A stretch of 64,000 nucleotides of DNA from the human T2T-CHM13v2.0 reference genome, Homo sapiens. This document shows positions 35,836 through 48,559 of this stretch, piece after piece. Position numbers and translations under genes: made by a program. The stretch is taken from assembly GCF_009914755.1 (NCBI RefSeq), contig NC_060942.1; one strand, written 5' to 3'. How positions within the stretch are numbered: position 1 is the first letter of the stretch; every line of letters begins with the position of its first letter. The notes beneath the pieces are model-generated. The model saw nothing but the letters and a program-made list of their open reading frames with translations, was not told the origin of the DNA and made no database searches.

Positions 35836-37784
35836 TATCTTAGTGTAATACTTCAAAATATTCAGTTTTTACTCTTTTTACTAATGAACAAACATCATAC
35901 TAATCTCCTCTTTTACTAATTATCAAACATCATACTAATGCTCATGTCTCCATCTCTTCCTTCTGTCTCTCTCTCTGTATATCGCTGTATCACATTACTT
36001 TTACTTAACATTCCCTTATATCACACATACTCATGATTTAACTCATTGTCAATTATATGAGCATTATGCACAGTTTGACATGCACAACGCATGTATGAGG
36101 GACATATAACATCAACAGTACTGTGATGAAGAACCATGTAAGGAAATTGCACAATCTATAGTTATACTGCAGGTTCTTGAATATTTTCTTCAAACGTACT
36201 GTTAAAACAGAATTTTCTGAGTCGTAAGGTATTAGCATATATTTTAAGAATTTTGATTAATATTGGTTGCCAAATTACTCTCCAGAATAAGTGGTAACAC
36301 TTTGTATTCTCACCAGTGGAACAGAAGAAAGCCTATGTTCCAAAACTCTTTCCAGCATTTTATACTACTTTTTCCTAATAATATTATTTAAATTGACAGG
36401 CCAAAAGGTTATTGTGTACATTTTACTAGAATTTGATGGCTGTTTCTGTAACAATTTTGGAATGATTGACATTTTTACTACAATAAGCCTTCCTGTCTTA
36501 GGATATATTATGTGTCTACATTAATTGTCCCTTTATTTTCTTTAATAAGATTTCATAATTGTAGTCTTAAATGTCTATACCTTTATAAGTTTCTTCATCA
36601 ATATTTAATGACTTGGTAGTAAAGGAATTTTCTGTTTATATTTTTAACTATTTATTGAAAGTATGGAAAAAAACTTTATTTGTGCTAGTAAAAGTATGCT
36701 GTATTGGATGGTTTAGTTCTGGGAATACAAACTTATTTTGAAAACAACAGTCTTCTATTTGGTGTTTTAATTATAATAATATTAAAATAATTTTATTTCA
36801 CAATTTTTAAATGTATATCTTTTATTTCATTTTATTGTCCTATTACATAGCAAAATTCCCCAAAATGATGTTAAATTATAATAGGGATGTCAGGTTTACC
36901 TGATTTGTTCCTATTATTACAGTTTTAGCATTTTAATGATTAATATGGATGCTTGTGTGAAATAGTTCTTTATTTAAATTAAGGTGTTTTTCAAATTTTA
37001 ATTATTATAATTGCCAGTTTTTGAATAATGAATACATTTTAAGCATCATTTGATAAAATTCTGTTTTTTAATCATGTTAATACAATAAATTATATACCTA
37101 GATTTTCTGCTGTTAAACCATTGGCACAGTGCTATAATACATTTCTTTGGAGTGATATATTTTTCTTCTCTTACACTGAAGAATTCTTTGGCAAATAATT
37201 TAAGTAATTTTTCAAATATGTATTTATTGGTAACTTATATATGTAATATTATTTTTATAGAATTTCCATAAAGTTTTGGTATTGAAATATGTCACCTTCA
37301 TTTAATTTAAAAATTTCCCTCCTCTTCTTTGGACTAAATATTTAAAACAATATTGAAATTATTCATCTTTTACAGGTTAGATCATACGCAAGTGCAGTAT
37401 CACCAGCTTTAGGGTTTATTATTAAGTGCAATAATTTGATATTTTATTTTTGAGTTTCCCTTTGATACTGGAATAATATCTACATACAAGATTTTTCTTG
37501 TGGTTAAGGTATTTTTGAGAGTATAATTATTTTTTCTAGTTTTATGGGGCGGTGATCTTACAACGCATCTTTTGAAATTTATCCTTCTAAATTTTCTTAA
37601 GTTTATTTGTTGAAGTACAACTTATATAGTATAGAATGAGACAAGTTAAAGTGTACAATTCAGTGGCATTCGGTGCATTCACAATGTTGTGCCAACATCA
37701 CCCTTTTCTAGTTCCAAAACATTTTCATCATCCCAAAGGGAAACCCTGAACTCATTAAATGGTTACTCCCTAGTCTCCCCTTCC

Positions 37785-38895
37785 TATTTTAAAAGATTCT
37801 CCTAGTGGGAAGACACAACGCAGTGAAACTGGGCTAGATGAAAGGCAGAATTCTGTTACAGCTCCAAAGGAGAGATGGCTACCAGGTAGGGCTGTGTTAG
37901 GGGTTTCAGCTGGGGACAGGTTAGCAGCAAGCTGGAGCTATAGGGGACAGCTTATGGGTGGCAACCAGTGGGTGTGGGTAGCTAAATTTCAGGAGATCTC
38001 TGTGGAGTGGCTAATTTTAATCATTTCAGCAGATGCTGAAGTACAGGGGGTGTCCCTACTTGTCTGGGGCCTGTCTCTGTTGAGAATAGGATGGGTACAT
38101 AGTGGTGTGGAATGTGAGGGCCCAGGAAGGGGTTGGATATGTGGGTTTAATCAGCTGCTCAAGAAAGGGAGGGCCAGCCTTTAGCCACAGCCTCAAAACT
38201 GGGTAAGACAACACAACACACTGTGTACTCTAAGGGGTAAAATATGTGCCTTGGCTACTCCATCATGCCTGGAACTCTGGAGGGGCTGAGTGTCCTTGGA
38301 AGCCTTGTTTTATGGCCTTAGCATATCTAGAGACATGTGGGACCTTAATTTATATTTTGGCTATCTATGAGGCAAGGGATTCCCAGAGTTGTTTACTCTA
38401 AAGGGGGCAACTCTTTACTTCCCACTCTGTATCTTGTTGTTTTTGGGTTTTTTTTCTTTTTCTCGTGTTTTGGGCTTCTAGTCACCATCTTTGTCTGCTA
38501 ACTTATATTGCATACCTTCTCGGTGGTTACAGAAAAAGGGGATTGAGCAGCCCTCTGGCCTAACTTGAAGGCAGCCTTCTCTCTCATTCGAAGACATCAA
38601 GTCTACCTCCCAGGTATTGGGTTGTGCACTTAAAGAGGTATAGCAGACTCCCTTTGCGAAAACTCAATTAGCCCAAAGTATCAGTCCTTTGACATGTTGT
38701 AATGCAGCAGCATTTACTAAAGCCCAAGCACACTGGCTAGGGGTTTTGAATTTTGTAAGCAACTGGGTAACTTCAGCAGGCCTCTAGCCAGGGCCTTAAA
38801 ACTGGGTCAAGATTGCATAATAAAAAAATAATAATTTTAAAGAGTTTTAAAACTTTATTACAAACAAAACATGACAAACAAAACTCGATATTACA
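37785..38895 (-). mobile_element. ERVL LTR of MER54/MER73/MER74 type
   Basis: Minus strand contains CCCAGTTTTGAGGC..TGGCTA..GGC...TTCTTGAGCAGCTGATTAA; 5-bp TSD CTTCC/TTTCC within the L1MB. Confidence 0.6.
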
Positions 38896-39856
38896 TTTCC
38901 CCCAGCCCTAGGTAGTCATTAATCCTTCTGTGTCTATGGATTTACCTATACTGCATCTTTTATATAAATGAATTACGCAATATGTGACCTTTTGTGTCTA
39001 CCTTCTTAGCATAATGCTTTGACGTTATATTCATGTTGTAGCATGTATCAGTACCTCATTTCTTTTTACGGCTTAATAATATTTCATTCCATTGATATAT
39101 TGCATTTTGTTTATCTCAGTAAACAAACATTGGGCTGTTTCTTTTGGTTATTGTGAATAGTGCTACTAATGAATATTTATGTACAAGTTTTTGCTTTTCT
39201 TTTTGTTTTTTTAGTCTCAGCTTTTGTTTCTTTTAGATGTATACCTGGGAGTACAATTGCTGAAGAATATTGTAATTCTGTGTTTAGCTATTTTAGAAAT
39301 AACCAAAATGTTTTCCATAGCGGCTGCACTATTTTTGCATTCCCACCAGCAAATTACAATGGTTCCAGTGTCTCTAGGGCATCCTTGTTACTTTCCATTT
39401 TATTTTTAATCCTATCCTAATGGGTATGACTGGTATCTTATTGTGGTTTTGATTTGCATTTTTTAAAGACTAATGATGTTGAACATACATCTTTTCATGT
39501 GTTTGCTGCCCATTTGTATGTCTTTCTGAAGATATGTCTATCTGTTCATTACTATGAACAGATATATAACAGATATATGTATATCTGTTCATGGCAAGTT
39601 CTCTGTTTATTTTAAATTTAGTTGTTTGTCTTTCAGTTGTCAAATTAGAAGAGTTCCTCATATATTCTGGGAACTATATCCGTTTGAGATACATATAATT
39701 TGCAATGTTTTCTTTCATTCTATAGGTTGTCTTTTTACTTTCTTGATAGTGTCCTTTGATGCAAGAATGCTTTTAATTTTGACTAAGTCCTATTTTTCTA
39801 TCAGTGTCATATCTAAGAATCCATTTCCAAATCCAAGGTCATAAAGATTTATCCCT

Positions 39857-39859
<3 letters not shown>

Positions 39860-39896
<37 letters not shown>

Positions 39897-40175
39897 AGAC
39901 AGAGTCTTGCTCTGTTGCCAGGCTGGAGTGCAGTGGCGCGATCTCGGCTCACTGCAACCCCCGCCCCACCGGGCTCAAGCGATTCTTCTGCCTCCACCTT
40001 CTGGGTAGCTGGGACTACAGGCCCGTGCCACCACACCCAGCTAATTTTTGTATTTTTAGTAGAAACGGGGTTTCACCATGTTGGCCAGGATGGTCTCGAT
40101 CTCTTGACCTCGTGATCCGCCCACCTCAGCCTCCCAAAGTGCTGGGATTACAGGCGTGAACCACTGCACCTGGCT
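39860..40175 (-). mobile_element. AluSc
   Basis: T36 tail, TGTTGCCAGG, GATGGTCTCGATCTCTTGACCTCGTG. Confidence 0.92.
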
Positions 40176-41648
40176 ATCCATAGGTTTTCTTTTAAGAGTT
40201 GTATAGTTTAAGCTCTTATATTTATGTCTTTGATTCATTTTGAGTTAATGTTTATATGGTGTAAGGTAGGGGTCCACTTTTATTCTTTTGAATATATATG
40301 GATAGTCAATGTCCCAGCATCATTTGTTGAAGAGGCTACACTTTCTTTCAATAAATGATTGTTCTTGCACCTTGTTAAAAATCAATTAGCCGTAGATGTA
40401 TATGTTTATTTCTGAAATTTCAGTTCTACTTTATTTATCTATTTCTTTATACTTAGGCAAATATATTTTGCTTACTACAGCTTTGTAGTAAGTTTTGAAA
40501 TTGGAAAATGTGACTTCTCCAATGTGGTCTTCTTTAACAAGATTATTTTTGCTATCTGGGGTTCCTTGCAATTCCATGTAAATATTAGGGTAGGCTTTTC
40601 CATTTCTGCAAAAGATCATTGAGCTTTTGTTCTGGATTGCATTGATTTCATAGATATTTTTAGGTGCTATTGACACTTTAACAATATTGAGTCTTCCAAT
40701 TCATGAATACAGGATGTCTTTCAATTTATTCAATTCTTATTCAATTTATTTCAGCAAAATATTATAGTTTTTGCTATATAAATCTTTCATCTTCTTAAAA
40801 TTATTAGTATTTTATTATTTTTGATGACCCGTATATGGAATTGTTTTCTTAATTTTTTTTGGATTGTTCACCACTAATGTATAAAAATATAACTGAGCTT
40901 TGTGTGTTGAGCTGAATTCTGCAAGTTTGCTAAATGTGATTTTTAGCACTAAGAGACTGTTTTGTGAATTCTTTGGTATTTTCTATATGTTAGATCATGC
41001 CCTCTGATAATAAAGAAAATTTGACTTTTTAATTTCTAATTTGTGTGCCTTTTATTTCTTTTACTTGCCTAACCACTCTGGCTTGAACTTTCTGTACAAT
41101 GTCAAATAGAAGTAGTAAAACTGGGTATCCTTCTCTTATTTATGATCCTAGAGGAAAAGGTTTAAGTCTTTCACCATTATTTTCAGTATTACCTGTGGGT
41201 TTTACAAAAATGTCCTTATTCATAGTGAGCAAGTTTTCTTCTTTTTCTAGTTTGTTGAGGGTTTTTATCATGTAAGAATTTTGGACTTTGTCCATTGTTT
41301 GTTCTTCAACTGAGACAATCGTGTGAGTGTGTGTGTTTCCTTTATTTTATTCATGTGGTACATTAAACTGATTTATTTTCATATATTGTATCACATATGT
41401 ATTCCTGGGATAAATGCCATTTGTTCATGATGTATAATCTTTTTAATATGCTGCTAGATTTGGGTTGCTAGGATTTTGTTGAGGATTTTTGCGTCTATAT
41501 TCATAAGGTATACTGGTCTATAATTTACTTCCTTGTGATATATTTATCAGGCTTTAGTAACTAGGTAATGCTGACATAGATGAATTAGGAAGTGTTCCTT
41601 CCTCTTCCTCTTTTCCTTTTGGAAGAGTTTGAGAGTTGGAGAATTATT

Positions 41649-41651
<3 letters not shown>

Positions 41652-41686
<35 letters not shown>
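41652..41686. repeat. (GT)n microsatellite
   Basis: About 17 units. Confidence 0.95.
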
Positions 41687-41687
<1 letters not shown>

Positions 41688-42349
41688 TATAATTCACTAG
41701 TGAATCCACTTGGTCCTGGGCTTTTTTTTTTTTTTTTTTTGGTGGAGTGGGGAGGTGGTTAATCACTTATTCAATCTCTTTACTTGTTATACACCTGCTC
41801 AGATTTCCTATTTCTTCTTGATTCCATTTTATCTAGGTTATCTAATTTGTTGGCAAGAATTTTTACTATCTCAATGTATGTATTTTTATTTCTCTCTGAG
41901 GAAGTATTTGGGCCTCTCAGTGCTCATAATTCTGCTTTTCATTTTTGAGTATTGTCAGTTATGCTCATTTTATCAAAGAAAAATGTGTTTACTTTTACTA
42001 AGATATCACTTTTCTTCTACCTTATATTAGAGAGTTTTCATATTTTGGCTGCATGACATTTATAGCCTTTCTTAATAGCATCTCAGTTTCATGATGGGGA
42101 ATTATTTTTTCTTGGGGAATTACTTTCCCTTGCATTGTACACCCACAGTGGATGGTTTCACAGAGTTTATGGCTCACGCTACAGAAGCCAAGAGGTCTAA
42201 ACTCTCATTTTGACCCCTGGAATAGTTAGAAGGTCACCAGCTGACTTAAAAGCAGGTAAGCAGAAGCACTGATCTAGGAATTTAAGATGTGATGGAGTAG
42301 CACAATAATGATGAAATAAAAGAAGGGCAGTCATTGCATTAATGGTGAC

Positions 42350-42765
42350 CATATTAGTCAGGCTTCTCTAGAGAAACAATCAATAGGAGCGAGGAAGATG
42401 GGGGAGAGAGAGAGACTGATTTTAAGGACAAGGCTCACACTATTTTGGAGGTACAAGTCCAAAATCTGCAGGGTAGGTTGGCAGGCTAAAGACCCAGGGA
42501 AAGGTTGCTGTCCCAGTCCAAAAGTAGTGTGCTTACAGGATTCCTTCTTGCTCAGAGGAGGTCAGTTTTTGTTCTGTTAAGACCTTCAGTTGATTGCACA
42601 AGGCCTACCCACAATATGGAGAATAATATGTTTTACTCTAAATCTACCAATTCAAATGTGAATCTCGTCCAAAAAATGTACATTTATTGAAAACATCTGG
42701 AATAATGTTTGACCAAATATCTGGGCATCATGGCCCCATAAGTTGACAATTAAATTAACTGTCAT
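42350..42765 (-). mobile_element. MLT2 (ERVL) LTR
   Basis: tattagtcaggcttctctagagaaaca...caagtccaaaatctgcagggtagg...aagttgacaattaaattaac. Confidence 0.85.
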
Positions 42766-43019
42766 TTTGGCCCTGATAAGCTTTACACAAACATTGCTTT
42801 TTTTTTTTTTTTTTTTTTTTTTTGGTCTGCTAGCATGAATTCTTTCTTCCCATTCACAAGCCTGATCTTCCAGGTGCCTAACAACTCCACTTGCCCTGCT
42901 TATAATGTACCCAAGTTCACTATCAGTGAAAAACACAGTAAAACAAAGGGATACCAATTAAAACACATATAGACAAAATTTTAAAGAATGACAATAAAAA
43001 TATTAACTAAATTGTGAGT

Positions 43020-43502
43020 TATACCAGTTAGGATTGAGTTTTGCTGTAAGTTATAGGAATAAACCAAATAAGTTGCTTAAACAAGGTTGCAGTTAACTTT
43101 CCTCTCACAGAAATATATCTGACTATCCTTTTGCTCTTCAGCCATCCTGAGTTGTGGCTTCCATCCCCAAGGTTGCTTCATGCTGTAAAATGGAAGTTAG
43201 AGCTGCAGCTATCATATCAAGGTTGCTGGAAGTTTAGTAAATAGCTTATTTGGCATTTTCTAAACTTCCAGCAACCTAGGTATGATAGCTAAGGCAAATG
43301 GCCAAATAGACTACCTATGTGAGGCAGTCTATTTCAAAGAGATTTCCTAGAATTTGCAGCCAATAACTCCTACCTACATCTCATTAGAAATACAATGAGA
43401 AAAGGGAAATTGAGAAATATCTTCCAACCTGACACATTGTCACCCAACTATATAGGGGTCTATTACTAAAAAAGGAGGACAGTACTTGCATTCTTGTCCA
43501 CA
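43020..43502 (-). mobile_element. Old MLT1(J/K-like) LTR
   Basis: agttaggattgagttttgctgtaag...gcttaaacaag start; aaaatggaag..agagctgcagctatcat. Confidence 0.6.
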
Positions 43503-44337
43503 GTGGAGAAATGAGACTTCAGTATTGCCACTACTTCAGTAATAGAAATTGTTATAGGCACTCTGAAAAATAACTTGATGTTATCTAATAAAATAGTAAA
43601 TGTGTATAACCCACAATCCAGTAACTACCCAACTAGGTATATAACCCCACTAGGAAAAATTCACATGCAGATACAGAGGAAGGTATTCATGTGTGATTAT
43701 TGTTTACAGTCAAATAAGCAGTTTTGTTGCCAGATATTGGAAACAACTCAGATGGCCAACAGAAGATGAAATGGTAAGTAATTACATTGTGAAATATCTA
43801 TCTGATGGAACATTGTAAGTAAAATGAATGAACTAGAGCTATACATATCAACAGTAGCTTGATTAAACTAAAAAATTGTCAGATTAAAAAATAGGTTGCA
43901 GAATATTGCACCATGTATGGTACTGTTTGTGTGATTAAAAATACTATGTATTGTTTATTAACACACACGCATATATATAATTACACAAATTTGGCTTATA
44001 AACACATGAAATTCATTATAAAGATTGTCTTTGGTAAAGGAGGAACGAAAATGGAACTGTTGAGGGGAACACAGGAGACATTTAACAACTTGTTTTATTT
44101 ACTTTAAAATGTTCAAAAATAAATATAATACAAATTTAAATTTGTTCATTTTGTGACAATTATCAATAAATTATTTTCATATTCCACAATAGGAGAGTTA
44201 AATATCTAATTAACCTTTAAAAATACTTTTATTTCATTTATATATTTTCATAAACAATGAAATTAATATATTTTACTTCTATTTTTGCTCAGTATGATTA
44301 TGGCTTAAAAAAAAACCCCACAATTTTATTTTTCTGA

Positions 44338-44690
<353 letters not shown>

Positions 44691-44944
44691 ACCTGGCTAT
44701 TTTAAATGACCAAAATTTTACCAGAAGTTTGACTAAATATGCTTAATAATCTTAAATATAATGGTAAGAAAAGAAGACATAGTTAAAATGAATACCAACA
44801 GTTGGTAATGTGTAGAGATAAAGAGCAGGTCAATTTTAAGAAAAAAAAAAAAAACCTTTAAAGCTGTGTTAATTTCTTATGGTTGAAAAGTTTTTGCATA
44901 ACTAAGTAATAATTTATGAAATGCTCATGCATTCGTTTATTTAC

Positions 44945-45165
44945 CTCCATTTTTTTTTTATAATGGTTCTTCAGATCTTGAAGTTCCTGATTCTGCTTAG
45001 AGTCCAGTAGAGGGCCATGTTCATTCATGTAGTCTATGTCTGCTTGAATCTTTGCATTTGCTTCTTCTAACTCTGTCTTTTGTTTTTCAAAATGTTGTAG
45101 TTGATTAGCTTTATCTTCAAGATGCCATTGTAATTCTATAACATCACTCAAATAGGCCTCATGTT
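44945..45165 (-). CDS. CCDC178: CCDC178 internal coding exon (221 nt)
   Basis: AG at 45166-67, GTAAAT donor at 44944. Encodes (E)HEAYLSDVIELQWHLEDKANQLQHFEKQKTELEEANAKIQADIDYMNEHGPLLDSKQNQELQDLKNHYKKKME; phase 1 in, phase 0 out. Confidence 0.93.
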
Positions 45166-45221
45166 CTAGATATAGAAGGATAAGAACAAAAGAAAATCTG
45201 ATTGGAGGAAATATTTGATAA

Positions 45222-45652
<431 letters not shown>

Positions 45653-48559
45653 TAAAATATATGTTTCATAAGATAATAGTTATTTTAGTACAAATCCTGT
45701 TTATGTTGTATGGTCAATGTATATTCTGACCATTCTATAAAGTACTCTATGTAACTGCTTCAAAGTGAGAACTCCAAGAGTAGAGGCCTTCCAAAACCAC
45801 CTAGAAGGAAAATGATGAAATAAGACTTACAAATATCAGAACGAAAAAGGCAAAAGTGATTATTATTTTCTTATAGAAAAACACATGAAATAGTGAAATG
45901 AAAATTATTACAAATAACATAGTTCATGTAAAAGTAACATAAAAAATGCTTACCTATATATAAATATGTTGAAAACAGAATATCTCACAATAGCAAAACT
46001 AAAACATAAAATAAACTACATAAATCTATTAATAAACCTAACATGAACTGGGTAAGGTCTGTAAGGGGAAAGTGACAGCATGCTATCAAACAACACAAAA
46101 GTGAATTTGAATAAATGAATAAAATTATTTTTTCTGTATAAAAATATTTGAAATTTTAAGCACAGGGATTTCCTTATATTAATGTATAAATTTAATTAAA
46201 TCCCAATGAACAGAGAAGGACAATTTTAGAAAAAAACCATTGAAAGATTTTCTCATTATTTTAACTTTCTGGCATTAACTGAATCTTGCATTCTTGGAAT
46301 AAAATTAGATGGGCTAGTTTATTTTCTTTTTTATCTTTTTAAAATAAATTTCTTGATGGAATTTGCTGATGTCTTTACTTGGGATTTTCTGCATTTATAC
46401 TTGTAATTTTGGCCTGTATTTTTCTATAGTTGTGCTGTGATCATTTAATTTTGATTTATAATTTATGATAGCTTCTTATATAAGCTGTAGTTTCTTTTGA
46501 TTTCTTTTCTCTAAGATGTTGTGGAAGTTTGAAATTGCATATTAAGCCCCACGGCCCTATGTATATATTTATTTATTTTGTGAGGAAGGATTTTTAGTTA
46601 CTGGGTCAAAATCATTCCTTTAATGACTATATGAATATTTTGATTATCTATTCAGCAAGCTATTTTTCTCTGTAAATTTATTTAGTTGGTCAAAGTTTCA
46701 ACAATATTCAAAGAAATTTGTTCTTAATGTCGTCATCACTATTAATCATTGCTATATCCCTATGTATTTTCATTCCTAATCTGAATCAGTTATACATTCT
46801 CACTGTGTTTTTTGTTAATTTTGCCATTGGTTTTACATTATGCTCTTTCTACTGAGCCAACTTCAGCTTTGCATCTCTTCTGCATTACGTATTTTTATTA
46901 TTTTACCATTTTGTTGTTGGGTTTCTCCTTCTTTCTTTGTATTTATTTTGCTTTTTTCCCTAACTTCTAAACTCATACACTTTGATAATTAATTAAGTCC
47001 CTCTTTTTGATATAACAAAAGCTACTGATTTCTCTTTAATGACTTGGATTTTTCCCATACATGTAATGATACTTTTAATGATTTTTTAAATGAAATACTT
47101 CTAAATGTTTTTTATTTTCTGATACATGCAATGTTTGATAATATCTTTTTTTATGTTTTTTACCCTCACCAATTAGACAGTTAGATTTTTGTTCCAAAGA
47201 GTCAGACATTATCTTGTTAAGTATTGCCATTATTACTTCCATGAAGATCTTCTATTAAATATTCATGATGCCCTCTCATTCTATATGCCATGTTTTAAAT
47301 ATTTTATTTATATTTTTCTCTCCTTGTCTTGCTGTGATGCATTCCATGCAATTTCTTCAAGTTTTACAGTTAACTATTACTTCTCTCTGAGTCTAATAAA
47401 CAATTTAACCAATTATTAAATTAATTTTATGTAATATATTTTTCATTTCTCATAGTTTTTCATTTGTATATTTTGCTTTCTTTAAAAAAGTTTCTTGTCC
47501 TTGCTTTTATTTTTAAACCTTTTCATTTCTTGAAATGTATCAAACACTTATTTTATAATCTCAGATATAATCCTATATCTGACACATTTTGAGTAAAATT
47601 ATGTGGTCTGCTTCTACTGATTCATACCCATTGAACCTGTATCTTCATGTGTTTTATGATATTTAATATTGAGCTACTTCTTTTCTTGGAACATTATCTG
47701 AGATAAATTTTTCGTGCCTGGGTTGAAATTTTAGTCTTGTAGAGCAAATGTGCCTTTGATCCTGTCAGTTGCCTGACTTTACTACTAACGTACAGAACAT
47801 TTAAATGACATTCTCCACTTAACAGTTTTTAAGCACACAGACAGCAGGCAGTGGGGGATCAAAAATCTATTTGAGATTAGTACATTACGAATGTTCAGGA
47901 AGCATTGTTTTCTTCCATTGTATAAGAGAAACAAACAACTTTCTTGGCTGCTCAATCTGAGCCACAGGTTGATTCATGGTTCACTCTTAGGCTGAGGATT
48001 AGTAGACCTTTGGATTCTCATTTTTATGTCCTGATCTCTAATTAGACTTGTCACTCTGGGTGAGACTTAAGCTTTATTTCCAGTATCCTGTACCCTACAC
48101 ATATATCAAAATGGCAACTCAAGGACATCAGGGTTTCAAGGATTCCCCCAGGGCTAAATCTAACACTGATGTCTATTTACTTCCAGAAATTTCCATTCCA
48201 AACTTAAATTTTGGCCATGCTACATTTCTTATGTTCTTGACAACTTGTCAGCATATTTTAAATGATTTGAAGAACTAAACTACATGAGCAAATCTGACAA
48301 TTGAAATTATAACTTTGATATTACTGGTTTATTTTCTGAATTAATAGGTAAAATGAACACCCTATTCTCAAAACTCAATGAATAACTAGACAGAAAATTC
48401 TTAAGGAGATAAAACACTTGAACAGCACTATCAATCAAATTGACCTGATATTTATAGATAGCCTACCCAACAACAGCAGAGTATATATTAATTTGAACTA
48501 AACAGAACATTCACCCAGACAGATAAAATTTTAAATACAAATTAAACATTAAAAAAATG

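Larger units (their letters stand above)
37595..41880 (-). mobile_element. L1MB-type element, interrupted by an ERVL LTR and an AluSc
   Basis: Reverse 3' UTR (aagtgtacaattcagtggcatt...) continuing through reverse ORF2 after 38896. Confidence 0.85.
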
